Source: Candidatus Melainabacteria bacterium 17Bon1m
GTDB lineage: Bacteria; Cyanobacteriota; Vampirovibrionia; Obscuribacterales; Obscuribacteraceae
Assembly (NCBI GenBank): GCA_032128875.1
Contig: JAVLKG010000006.1
Location: 1-64,000 of the forward strand
Length of the DNA: 64,000 bases
Direction of reading: 5' to 3'
The notes under the pieces are model-generated. The model was not told where the DNA came from, made no database searches, and was given only the letters and a program-made list of their open reading frames with translations. The translations under genes were made by a program, and so were the position numbers. This document shows, one piece after another, positions 55,273 through 64,000 of the stretch (the first letter of the stretch is position 1; the number at the start of each line of letters is the position of its first letter).

Positions 55273-56439
55273 GTGAAATTTCTGGTGCTTGGCGCAGGAC
55301 GTATGGGCTACGCGGCAGTGTACGACCTGATCAGAAGTCCGAAGGTCGAAAAGGTAGTCGTTGCCGACAAGGACGCCAAGAGCGTGAAGGCTGCTGTTGA
55401 GCGGCTCAATGACCCGAAGATTGTGCCGGTCGAATTAGACATCACAAAAGAAAACGATGTCATCGCGCTGATGAAGAGTGTAGATGTCGCTATCAGCTGC
55501 GTCCCTTACGAGAATAATTACGAGTTGGCGAAAGCCGCGCTGGAAGCCAAAACCCACTTTGTAGATTTGGGCGGCAATGAAGAAGTTGTCGAAAAAACTT
55601 TCTTGCTCAACGAGCTAGCCAAAGAACGCAAGATCACCATCATCCCAGATCTCGGTTTGGCACCGGGTTTGGTATCAATATTGGCAGTTGCTGCCGCTGA
55701 CAGTTTTGACGAGCTATACGAAATTCGTATGCGTGTTGGTGGTTTGCCTGTGGACGCCGACAACTTCATGGGCTACAGCCATGTGTTTGCGCTCGAAGGT
55801 CTGATTAATGAATACGCTGAAGATGTGACTTTGATTCGTGATGGAAAGACAATGCAAGTGCCTTCATTGTCTGAATGCGAAAAGATTGAGTTTCCAAAAC
55901 CGTTTGGCATGATGGAAGCATTCACGACATCGGGCGGCATCTCTACTTTGCCAAAAACGTATGAAGGTAAAGTTCAGCACCTCGACTATAAGACCATCCG
56001 TTATAGAGGTCACTGCGAGCAGATGAACCTCTTGAAAGAGCTTGGCTTGATGAGCAAGGAGCAAGTAAAACTCAAAGGTGGCAAAGTCGTCCCACGCGAA
56101 CTGCTGATGCATCTTCTGGATGGAAAGCTCGCAAAAGATGAACCCGACGCAGTCATTCTGCGTGTGACAGTCACAGGCGTAAAAGACAAAGAACCCCGAC
56201 AGCTTGTTTGGGAAAGCATCGAATTCTCCGATCAGGCCGAGCGCCTTTCGGCCATGATGCGCATGACTGCTTTCCCGGCATCAATCATTGCCCAAATGAT
56301 CGCTCGCGGCGACATTAGAGAGCGTGGTGTCCTTCGCCAGGAAGAATGGGTGCCTGTAAAACTGTTTCTTGCCGAACTTCAATCACGTGGATTGAACCTG
56401 ACGCTGAATGACCGAGCTCCAGTCCCGACAGACAAGTAG
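55273..56439 (+). CDS. Saccharopine dehydrogenase family (lysine 6-dehydrogenase-like)
   Basis: VLGAGRMG, DLGG, GLAPG, VGGLP, GLINEY, YKTIRY.GH, AMMRMTAFP; GTG 55273 preferred. Confidence 0.88.
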   Translation: MKFLVLGAGRMGYAAVYDLIRSPKVEKVVVADKDAKSVKAAVERLNDPKIVPVELDITKENDVIALMKSVDVAISCVPYENNYELAKAALEAKTHFVDLGGNEEVVEKTFLLNELAKERKITIIPDLGLAPGLVSILAVAAADSFDELYEIRMRVGGLPVDADNFMGYSHVFALEGLINEYAEDVTLIRDGKTMQVPSLSECEKIEFPKPFGMMEAFTTSGGISTLPKTYEGKVQHLDYKTIRYRGHCEQMNLLKELGLMSKEQVKLKGGKVVPRELLMHLLDGKLAKDEPDAVILRVTVTGVKDKEPRQLVWESIEFSDQAERLSAMMRMTAFPASIIAQMIARGDIRERGVLRQEEWVPVKLFLAELQSRGLNLTLNDRAPVPTDK

Positions 56440-56452
56440 AAGAAGAATTTTG

Positions 56453-56538
56453 GGAGGCGCATGTGCCTCCATTAACAGGGAGCCGCATGCGGCCCCATAC
56501 GAACCGTGGTTTACAAAACGCCAGCCTGTGGGCGTTTT
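56453..56538. repeat. Three consecutive palindromes (REP-like pair plus terminator-like hairpin)
   Basis: GGAGGCGCATGTGCCTCC; GGGAGCCGCATGCGGCCCCATAC; AAAACGCC-N8-GGCGTTTT. Confidence 0.6.
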
Positions 56539-56667
56539 ACATTTTGTCATGGATTTAGATTAAATGTCCCCGTTTAATGTCCAGAGACATACCGCGTTTG
56601 GCTAGATACCTGTGTTGCGGTTCGAATAATCTTCTCATCCTGTGCCGGACACCCCGGAGGAAACTTA

Positions 56668-57660
56668 ATGAGCTTACTAGAGTCCGCTCGCGGCGAGACC
56701 ACTCTGTCGCCCGAGCAGTCTTCTCCCGTTCGCGTCCACGCTGAAGAGTCTCTCGCGAACGTTTCGGAAGCCTGGTCACCACGTACCGAAAAGTCGAGCG
56801 GCGCAAATCAACAGATAACGCCGGAAACAGCATTCTTGCCATTCACACGTTTTGCAATGGCAGACAACATCGACTTCAACCCACGTCAGACGCTCGGCTT
56901 GAGCCGCGCCTGGGGCTATTCCAAACACGATTCAGTAATGAATCCGGACGGCGGAAGCTGCAATGCATCCTCCACCTCCATGAAGTGCGAAGGTGGTCCG
57001 CGTCAATACAAAGGCGCCAACCAAGATGCACCGAACCTTTATGAAAATCAGCGCCAAGTCAACGGCAATACTATTACTACTAAGTACTTCGCTCCTGCCG
57101 GACCGCAAGTAAAGTCGCCGGAAAACTTCAGATACCTGAATAATCCCGCTTCTGAAGATTCGCTCGTTGTTGAGCCGCTCGTCTACAAGACCGATGTCGC
57201 TTCCGCTGCTCCGAAAGTACAAGACGCAGTAAATGTCCGTCTGGAGCGCGGTCTCGAGAAGCAAGGGCCAATCGAATGGCGTGAAAATTCTCTCGATGCA
57301 TTCGTAGAAGCAGTAGAAAATGAAAAGCCATTGGTAGTGGTGTTCGGAGATAACAACTCTCCTTTGTTCAACAAGCAAATCCAAGAAATGAGAGCTGACA
57401 AAGACAATTTGATGTCCAGACTTTCTCAACGCGCCGTGTTCGTAGTCGGCAAACCAACCGAAGATGAATACGCACGCCGCATGGCTAGCCACCTCAAGCT
57501 GACCGATTACCCAACCATCTCGGTAATCGCTCCGCGCACCGATCAATTGACTGAAACCTACAGAATGGAAGGCTACTTCAAGACTACCGACATCTTCTCG
57601 GATCTCGACAAAGCATTGCCCAAGAAGCAAGTTCCGCTCGGCGACTCCAGACTTGCTTAG
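56668..57660 (+). CDS. Hypothetical protein with C-terminal thioredoxin-like fold lacking CxxC
   Basis: GGAGG RBS; 'AFVEAVENEKPLVVVF' and 'LTDYPTISVI...RMEGY' resemble thioredoxin-fold elements. Confidence 0.55.
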   Translation: MSLLESARGETTLSPEQSSPVRVHAEESLANVSEAWSPRTEKSSGANQQITPETAFLPFTRFAMADNIDFNPRQTLGLSRAWGYSKHDSVMNPDGGSCNASSTSMKCEGGPRQYKGANQDAPNLYENQRQVNGNTITTKYFAPAGPQVKSPENFRYLNNPASEDSLVVEPLVYKTDVASAAPKVQDAVNVRLERGLEKQGPIEWRENSLDAFVEAVENEKPLVVVFGDNNSPLFNKQIQEMRADKDNLMSRLSQRAVFVVGKPTEDEYARRMASHLKLTDYPTISVIAPRTDQLTETYRMEGYFKTTDIFSDLDKALPKKQVPLGDSRLA

Positions 57661-57817
57661 GTTAAAACCGCAGATTCGCTGCTCTAACCGGTTTCCAGTT
57701 TATTAGCGCAATTGTCAATCATTGAATTCTTGGACGCTATGGTCCACCATATCGGACTTGGACTCAGTTGAGCACGCACACCCGTTGTGCGCGAACATGA
57801 CGATTGGGAGAATAGCT

Positions 57818-59185
57818 ATGCCAGTGGACAGCAAAACCGACCTTGCGCAGTACATCTCGGATTCACGCAAAGCATTTGAAGCTGATCTGAAGTCACTAGT
57901 CGACCTTGCCGGCGTTTCAATGGATCCCGAACGCAAGCAAGAAATTTTGCGCACCGCAGACAGTGCTGCCGCACTTGTAAAACGCATGGGTGGCGAAGCG
58001 GAGATTGTTCAAACCAAAGGCAATCCAGTCGTGATTGCCTCTTTCACAACCGATAAAGCTAATCCAACAGTTCTTGTCTATAACCATCTTGATGTTCAAC
58101 CGGCTGACGCGGCGGAATGGAAGTCTGAGCCGTTCAACATGTCCATCGATGGCGACACTTACCGTGGTCGCGGCTCCACAGACGACAAGGGTCCAGCACT
58201 CTCAGTTCTTTACGCTGCTAACTACGCGCACAAAAACAATATTCCAATCAACGTAAAATTCGTTTGGGAGTTGGAAGAAGAGATCGGCAGTCCATCGTTC
58301 GAAGAGTTTTTAAAACAGAACAAGGAAAAGCTTGCCACAGACTCTATCGTCATCTCTGACACCATTTGGGTTTCGCGCGAACGTCCAGCAATTCCTTATG
58401 GATTGCGCGGACTGCAAGGCGTGTTGTTAAAACTGAAAACAGGAACGAAAGATGTCCATTCCGGTTTGACCGGCGGATTGGCGAGAAACCCAATTGGTGA
58501 GCTTTGTCAATTGATTGACCAATGCTACGACGCCAAGACCGGCAAGGTGCATATTCCAGGATTTTACGACGGAGCCAATGAGCCGACCGACGAAGAAGCC
58601 AGTCAATTCGTCAAATCCGGCTTCACTGTTGAAGGTTTCAAAAAGGCGCACGAACTTATCTCATTGCGGACGGACGACGCGAAAGACGGTTCTTTGAGAA
58701 TCTGGGCGAGGCCGACCTTTGAAGTGCACGGCATCACGGGTGGGTATCAAGGACCTGGCGTAAAAACAATAGTGCCGCACCAAGCCGAAGCAAAAATCAG
58801 TATGCGCCTGGTTCCGAATCAAGACCCCGAGAAGGTCTACCAGGCGTTCGAGAAGTTCGTCAAAGAGAAAGCTCCTGATGTAATCATCGAGAAAGAAGGA
58901 AGTTTGAAACCGTTCCTTGGCGAGTTTAAAGGCCCATTCGCTGATGCCGCTGTAGGTGCAATGAAGGAAGCATTCGGTGCCGATCCTGCTTTCACGCGTG
59001 AAGGCGGATCAATCGGTGCTGTCGTGAGTATGAAAGAAGTGCTCGGCAAACCGATTGTATTTCTTGGACTTTCTCTGCCCGAACACGGATATCACGCCAT
59101 CAATGAAAACTTCGACTGGCAGCAGGCTTCCGGCGGTATGAAAATGTTCGTCTCCTACTTCGAGCGGCTCTCCAAGATTAAATAG
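57818..59185 (+). CDS. M20-family metallopeptidase (dipeptidase-like)
   Basis: YNHLDVQPA, GRGSTDDKG, EEEIGSP, DVHSG, GGSI, HAINE. Confidence 0.93.
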   Translation: MPVDSKTDLAQYISDSRKAFEADLKSLVDLAGVSMDPERKQEILRTADSAAALVKRMGGEAEIVQTKGNPVVIASFTTDKANPTVLVYNHLDVQPADAAEWKSEPFNMSIDGDTYRGRGSTDDKGPALSVLYAANYAHKNNIPINVKFVWELEEEIGSPSFEEFLKQNKEKLATDSIVISDTIWVSRERPAIPYGLRGLQGVLLKLKTGTKDVHSGLTGGLARNPIGELCQLIDQCYDAKTGKVHIPGFYDGANEPTDEEASQFVKSGFTVEGFKKAHELISLRTDDAKDGSLRIWARPTFEVHGITGGYQGPGVKTIVPHQAEAKISMRLVPNQDPEKVYQAFEKFVKEKAPDVIIEKEGSLKPFLGEFKGPFADAAVGAMKEAFGADPAFTREGGSIGAVVSMKEVLGKPIVFLGLSLPEHGYHAINENFDWQQASGGMKMFVSYFERLSKIK

Positions 59186-59194
59186 AAAACTGGT

Positions 59195-59236
59195 CGTTCA
59201 CCTGCCGTTCACTAATACCTAATAGACTTGAAGTTA
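59195..59236 (+). promoter_or_regulatory. Putative regulatory element GTTCA-N6-GTTCAC-N13-ACTTGAAG, shared with 62231-62295
   Basis: CGTTCA at 59195 and 59206 (11-bp period); ACTTGAAG at 59226. Confidence 0.55.
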
Positions 59237-59251
59237 GGGGGGTGAGGAAGG

Positions 59252-60805
59252 ATGAATTCTGATCGAAGAACAGAAACACGCGCTCGCACCGTTCTAGTCA
59301 TCGGTGCTACCGGCTATGTGGGAACGCGTCTTGTGCCGCTCCTTATTGCAGCGGGCTATCGTGTAAGGGCCGCCGGGCGTTCTCTCGAAAAATTGAAGTC
59401 GCGAGTTTGGTCAGGTCATGAGCAGGTAGAGCTGCAAGAACTCGATCTCAAAGATGTCGAGTCTGCGAAGAAGGCTGTGCGCGGATGCTCTGCAGTTTAC
59501 TACTTAATGCATTCGATGAATCCGCAGAATACAGACTTTGCTGAGGCTGACAGAATTGCCGCAGAAAACATGGTGGCTGTGGGGGAAGCTGAAGGTATCG
59601 AGCAACTCATTTACCTGGGCGGGCTTGGAGAAAGCGACACTAACTTATCTAAGCATTTGCGTTCACGAGCAGAAGTTGCCTCAATTCTTCAGACTGCTAA
59701 ATTTCCTGTGACGATCCTTCGTGCAGCGATGATAATCGGATCCGGCAGCGCATCTTTCGAGATTTTGCGCTACTTGGTCGATCGCTTGCCTGTTATGGTC
59801 ACGCCTCGCTGGGTGAGCACTTTATCTCAGCCGATTGCTATTCGTAATGTGTTGACTTATCTCGCAAACTCGCTGTTTTTGCCGGATGTCTATAATCAGT
59901 CGTTCGACATCGGTGGTCCAGAGGTTATTACATACCGGCAGTTGATGGAAACTTATGCGCGGGAAGCCGGGTTGCCTGTGCCTGCTATCGTTCCTGTTCC
60001 TGTTTTCACCCCGCGTTTGAGCTCTTACTGGATCAATTTTGTAACCCCAGTTCCTGCCTACATAGCGCGTCCTCTGGCTGAAGGTTTGAGAAATCCTGCT
60101 GTATGCACCGAGTCCAGAATAAGAGATATTATTCCGCAAGAACTTTTGACCTCTACTCAAGCCATAAGAATTGCAATAGACCGAATTCAGCATCATAAAG
60201 TCGAAAGTCATTGGACAGACGCAGGGAAGCTGCCGCCCGTAGAGTGGTTCAATTCCAATGATCCGGATTGGGCTGGTGGCACAGTCTACCAAGATGTTCG
60301 TGTTGCCGAAATAAAAGGCACTCCTGCCGACGCATGGAAGGCCGTCGCTCGCATTGGAGGAACCACCGGGTGGTACTACGCCAACTGGCTCTGGAAGCTG
60401 CGTGGCTACTTAGATTCGTTGTGGGGCGGTGTTGGTCTTAGAAGAGGTCGACGTCATCCTGATGAGTTAAGAACGGGTGACGCACTGGATTTCTGGCGCG
60501 TAAAATCTGTGGAAACTGAACGACGCTTGTTGCTAATTGCAGAAATGAGATTGCCTGGTCAAGCCGCGTTGGAATTTCAGATCAAGTCAAAAGGTAATGG
60601 GAAAACTGAAATACTACAGATAGCGCGCTTCTTGCCGAGTGGACTTTTAGGTTTGTTGTACTGGTTTGGAGTATCGCCCCTGCACGAATTTATCTTCACA
60701 GGGATGTTGAATGGTGTCGCTAACGCCTCTGGTTGCGCAGTATCGAAAAAGGCGCGCAGGGCGAGGAGCGAAACTTCCAATTCTGGTGTCTTGAAGACCA
60801 TTTGA
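59252..60805 (+). CDS. Atypical SDR/NAD(P)-binding protein with C-terminal DUF2867 (YbjT-like)
   Basis: GATGYVG, YYLMHSM, HLRSR.EV, IIGSGSASFE, IGG..GWYY...LW..RG..D, GDALDFWRV, AEMRLPG. Confidence 0.9.
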   Translation: MNSDRRTETRARTVLVIGATGYVGTRLVPLLIAAGYRVRAAGRSLEKLKSRVWSGHEQVELQELDLKDVESAKKAVRGCSAVYYLMHSMNPQNTDFAEADRIAAENMVAVGEAEGIEQLIYLGGLGESDTNLSKHLRSRAEVASILQTAKFPVTILRAAMIIGSGSASFEILRYLVDRLPVMVTPRWVSTLSQPIAIRNVLTYLANSLFLPDVYNQSFDIGGPEVITYRQLMETYAREAGLPVPAIVPVPVFTPRLSSYWINFVTPVPAYIARPLAEGLRNPAVCTESRIRDIIPQELLTSTQAIRIAIDRIQHHKVESHWTDAGKLPPVEWFNSNDPDWAGGTVYQDVRVAEIKGTPADAWKAVARIGGTTGWYYANWLWKLRGYLDSLWGGVGLRRGRRHPDELRTGDALDFWRVKSVETERRLLLIAEMRLPGQAALEFQIKSKGNGKTEILQIARFLPSGLLGLLYWFGVSPLHEFIFTGMLNGVANASGCAVSKKARRARSETSNSGVLKTI

Positions 60806-60823
60806 TTCAGGGGAGGCGATTTT

Positions 60824-61453
60824 GTGAAAGGAAGAAACATTCTATTGCTCGGCGCCCTGGGCGTCGCGGGTGTGGCAGTAGCTGCAGCCAACGACCTATT
60901 TGCACATTACGAAGAGCCCGCTTACAAAGTCGATAAAAAAGACGGCGAATTCGAGATTCGTTCTTACCCGAGCGTTATCGCCGCTTCTGTACAAGTTGCA
61001 GGCAATGGAGAAAGTTCTGCCAATAATGCCTTTAAAATTCTTGCTGGCTATATATTCGGCAAAAATAAGCGTGCAACCAAAATCTCTATGACTGTGCCGG
61101 TTATTCAAGAATCAGCCGCAGAGAAGATAGCGATGACAGTTCCAGTCACCATGGAAATGCAAAACATGAGCATGTCGATGAGCTTTTACATGCCTTCCAG
61201 TTACACTCTGGACACTCTGCCAGAGCCGTTAGACAAACGCATTAAACTCGAACGCATTCCAGCAAGAAGATTTGCCGTAATAAAATTCTCGGGTTTTGGA
61301 ACCGAAACAAATTGCCGTAAAAAAGAAGAGCAACTAAGGAATTGGATCAAACAAAATACAGCAGAACAAGGCGGAGGGATACTTCGTGCCTTTTACAATC
61401 CACCCTGGACTCTTCCTTTTCTTCGTCGAAATGAAATCTGGATCTCTTTATAG
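60824..61453 (+). CDS. SOUL heme-binding protein
   Basis: EEPAYKV, FEIRSY, AF..LAGYIFG.N, KIAMTVPV, YNPPWTLPFLRRNEI; N-terminal export signal. Confidence 0.93.
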   Translation: MKGRNILLLGALGVAGVAVAAANDLFAHYEEPAYKVDKKDGEFEIRSYPSVIAASVQVAGNGESSANNAFKILAGYIFGKNKRATKISMTVPVIQESAAEKIAMTVPVTMEMQNMSMSMSFYMPSSYTLDTLPEPLDKRIKLERIPARRFAVIKFSGFGTETNCRKKEEQLRNWIKQNTAEQGGGILRAFYNPPWTLPFLRRNEIWISL

Positions 61454-62209
61454 AGATGCTCTCGCCAACACCCGTCCTTTGAGTGATGCTAAGCCTCCAT
61501 CGATATTGATGACTTCGCCGGTCACCCAACTGCTTTGATCACTGATGAGCCATTCAATTGCAGGCGCTACATCTTCAGGGGTGCCGATTCTGCCCAAGGG
61601 ATGAAGCTGTGCAGAAGCCTCAAGCTGTGCTTGGCTATTCGTTATGCCTCGAGTCAGTTGTGTCGCTAGAAGACCTGGGCTGACGCAGTTGACCCTCAGA
61701 TTGTACCTGGCGTATGTGGCGGCAGCAGAACGCGTGAGAGAGGCGACGCCTCCTTTTGCAGCAGCAATGGCGTCATGGTTTGGCATGCCTGTGGATGCAA
61801 CGGCAGAGGCGACAAGCACAATGGAGCCACCCTTAGACATCATTGCTTTGGCTCCATACTTCACGCATGCAAAAGAAGAAGTGAGGTTTGTTTGTACAAC
61901 GGACATCCAGTCTTCTTCAGTAGTTGAATGGGCCGGTTTTAAGTGCAGTGAGCCGACTGCGTTAACGACCCCGTCTAGGCGCCCGGAAGTTAATTGAGCG
62001 TCTTCAAAGCAGGAAGCCATGCTCGCAAAATCTGTAGCATCACAGACAATATAGGGAGACTCGAGTTCGTCTGCCAATGATTCCAGACCAGCTCTGCTCC
62101 TTCCTGCCAGTATCAGCTTGTAATTGTGCGATGAAAGTAAGCGGCAGACTGAGCTTCCTAAGCCGCCGTTAGCACCGAGTACTAAAATGCATTTCTTTTC
62201 GTCGCTCAT
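61448..62209 (-). CDS. SDR-family oxidoreductase
   Basis: GANGGLG, NAVGS..LKPAH, IAAAKGG (catalytic Tyr replaced), RVNCVSPG, IDGG. Confidence 0.9.
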   Translation of the reverse strand: MSDEKKCILVLGANGGLGSSVCRLLSSHNYKLILAGRSRAGLESLADELESPYIVCDATDFASMASCFEDAQLTSGRLDGVVNAVGSLHLKPAHSTTEEDWMSVVQTNLTSSFACVKYGAKAMMSKGGSIVLVASAVASTGMPNHDAIAAAKGGVASLTRSAAATYARYNLRVNCVSPGLLATQLTRGITNSQAQLEASAQLHPLGRIGTPEDVAPAIEWLISDQSSWVTGEVINIDGGLASLKGRVLARASL

Positions 62210-62230
62210 GGTTTGTTCCTTGCACTGTTA

Positions 62231-62295
62231 TAACCTTCAAGTTACATCTGTCGCGTGAACAGCGTTTGAACAACGTTTTGAGTAATATTTGAACA
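62231..62295 (-). promoter_or_regulatory. Putative regulatory element with 11-bp-period TGAACA repeats and ACTTGAAG box
   Basis: TGAACA at 62256, 62267 and 62290, TGAGTA at 62279; ACTTGAAG on the minus strand at 62242-62235. Confidence 0.6.
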
Positions 62296-62364
62296 CTTCC
62301 ATTACGTCTGCGAGTCTCAAATCGAGGTTCGCTACGATCATGTCGGGTGTCGTTTCTCGGAATG

Positions 62365-62826
62365 TTATTTACTCATTGAGTAATAGACTTTTGATGGTTT
62401 GAAACGTCTGGCAATCGGTATCAACTCCTCAATATCATTCTCAACCCGCCGAATCCTTTTGTCGTGGTTGTCTAATTTGTCTTCCATGAAATTCATCCAT
62501 GGATATATGCCTTTGGTCACTTCACTCATTATTTCGCTTAAGCTCGGCAAAGTTGCCACCACACTTTCAAGACTTTTGAAACGCTCATCCATCCTGTCAA
62601 AGCGCTCATCCATCCTGTCAAAGCGTTCGTCCACCTTCTCAAAACGTTCATCAATCTTGCGGAAGTTATATGCAGTTTCTTTCTTGTGAGAATCAAGGTT
62701 GAGGCTGAGCCTGTCAATTCGGTCATGAACTTCCGAAAATTGATATTTCATTGCGGATTCCAGGCTGTCAAAGCGAGTTTCGATTCTCGAAAATGTTGAA
62801 CGCATCTCTGTTTGGATTTGCCACAA
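62365..62826 (-). CDS. Coiled-coil protein with FDRMDER heptad repeats
   Basis: FRKIDER-FEKVDER-FDRMDER-FDRMDER-FKSLES; start uncertain (TTG 62826 or ATG 62805). Confidence 0.7.
   Translation of the reverse strand: MWQIQTEMRSTFSRIETRFDSLESAMKYQFSEVHDRIDRLSLNLDSHKKETAYNFRKIDERFEKVDERFDRMDERFDRMDERFKSLESVVATLPSLSEIMSEVTKGIYPWMNFMEDKLDNHDKRIRRVENDIEELIPIARRFKPSKVYYSMSK
62579..62662. repeat. 21-bp tandem repeat, four units
   Basis: CGCTCATCCATCCTGTCAAAG occurs twice, plus two degenerate units. Confidence 0.85.
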
Positions 62827-62929
62827 ACATGTACTGGATATAGCGATTTGCTAAAAACTGGATTGGAATGATTCTCCCTTTTTGAAAGGAGAATTGCTTT
62901 AAATTGCGGATATGATCCCGAAAGCTAGA

Positions 62930-63418
62930 TTACATCTGCGATTCGATGAGAGCAACTGCCTGGCAGGCGATTGCGAGCCCCTCGCCGATGGGTCCAATGC
63001 GTTCCATCGTCTTGCTCTTAATGCTGACTTGGTCCATCGAGATGCGCATTGCTTTGGAAAGATTTTGGCGCATTGCTTCGTAGTGCGGTGACATCTTTGG
63101 TGTTTCGCAAATGATGGTGGCGTCTACGTTTTGGATGCTGAACATTTTGCCGTCCAAAAGATCCGTAACGTGATTCAAGAAATCGATGCTGTTTGCATTC
63201 TTGTGTTTCTCGTCTCCGGGCGGAAAATGAACGCCGATGTCTCCCAAGCAAGCAGCGCCGAGCAGGGCATCGACAATTGCGTGGGTAAGTGCGTCACCGT
63301 CTGAGTGACCTTCCAGTCCTTTTTCGAATGGGATGGTGACGCCGCCCAAAACCAAGGGAGTTCCTTCCACAAGTCTGTGAATGTCGAATCCCGTTCCCAC
63401 TCGCATGTCTTCTGCCAT
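62930..63418 (-). CDS. ispF: 2-C-methyl-D-erythritol 2,4-cyclodiphosphate synthase
   Basis: RVGTGFDIHRL, GHSDGD, DIGVHFP, NVDATII, SIKSKT.E. Confidence 0.97.
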   Translation of the reverse strand: MAEDMRVGTGFDIHRLVEGTPLVLGGVTIPFEKGLEGHSDGDALTHAIVDALLGAACLGDIGVHFPPGDEKHKNANSIDFLNHVTDLLDGKMFSIQNVDATIICETPKMSPHYEAMRQNLSKAMRISMDQVSIKSKTMERIGPIGEGLAIACQAVALIESQM

Positions 63419-63445
63419 TGGCGTTTTCCTGCGTGAATGTGCGAA

Positions 63446-64000
63446 CTAGTCGCTAATTTCCATGATTACGTGGTCGGTTTCCACCGTGTCACCTTGCTTT
63501 GCGGTGACCGCAGAAATTTTACCTGCTTTAGGTGCCACCACTTCCGATTCCATTTTCATTGCTTCGAAAATGAGAAGCTTTTGGCCTTGAGTGACTGTTG
63601 CACCAAGTTCTACAAGCAGTTCTTTGACCACACCGTGCATAGGTGCTTTTACTTTGCCTGATCCGCTTCCGGCTTGGCTAGATGATTTGCTTGGACGTTC
63701 TAACGAGCGACCGGAAGTTTTTACCGGAGCTGCAGCCGTTCCGGCTCCAGCTCTTGTCACCGGTGCTCCTGGTGCTACTAGTTCGTGCACCGCCACTTTA
63801 TAGGATTTTTTGTCTACTTCTACTTCAAAGTTGTACGGTCCAACTTTCTCAGTGACGGCTGCTCCTGAGCCATTTTGGCTGGCTCCGTTTGCTGACGGAG
63901 CGGATGCTGTAGCGCCGGAAGTCACTGCCGCCGGTGCAGGCTTTGGTGCATTGGCGATGAAACCCTTCATGAATTCGGATTCTACATATGTGGTGTATGT
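63446..64000 (-). CDS. C-terminal part of a biotin carboxylase-biotin carboxyl carrier fusion (5' end outside the window)
   Basis: Frame open to 64000 (TYTTYVESEF..., resembling a biotin carboxylase C-terminus), Ala/Pro linkers, APMHG and EAMKME biotinylation motif. Confidence 0.8.
   Translation of the reverse strand, partial: TYTTYVESEFMKGFIANAPKPAPAAVTSGATASAPSANGASQNGSGAAVTEKVGPYNFEVEVDKKSYKVAVHELVAPGAPVTRAGAGTAAAPVKTSGRSLERPSKSSSQAGSGSGKVKAPMHGVVKELLVELGATVTQGQKLLIFEAMKMESEVVAPKAGKISAVTAKQGDTVETDHVIMEISD

Overview
A gene-dense bacterial chromosome segment with no rRNA, tRNA, CRISPR array or transposase that I can recognise. The gene families are cyanobacteria-like, but Kdo/LpxK LPS genes are present, there is no photosynthesis gene, and membrane Ser/Thr kinases and TPR proteins are numerous. 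This best fits a non-photosynthetic cyanobacterial relative (Vampirovibrionia/Melainabacteria, possibly Obscuribacterales); the taxonomy is an inference. Core genes: rimO, rodZ-like, pseudouridine synthase, coaBC, metG, rpsB-tsf-pyrH-frr-glmS, priA, waaA-lpxK-GT9, gyrB-pgsA, ribF-recF, ispF and the 3' end of a biotin carboxylase/BCCP fusion. Accessory modules: (1) a Tad pseudopilin cluster, including a gene missing from the ORF track that ends in a poly-proline tract; (2) a large acidic/TPR membrane protein followed by an SdpA/SdpB-like (DUF5819 + HTTM) pair; (3) a P450-TetR operon with a long palindromic operator; (4) a protein with a roughly 375-aa Tyr/Gly/Arg/Asp/Gln/Asn prion-like repeat region fused to an NlpC/P60-type Cys-His hydrolase, divergent from two coupled membrane kinases and an LRR protein; (5) a partial kynurenine/2-aminomuconate catabolic cluster; (6) a convergent SDR-SOUL-SDR module whose two promoters share an unannotated 11-bp-period repeat architecture. 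Non-coding signals include a long structured rpsB leader, a GCGGC repeat cluster before rimO, and REP-like palindromes. All product calls come from motif recognition only; no database search was run.
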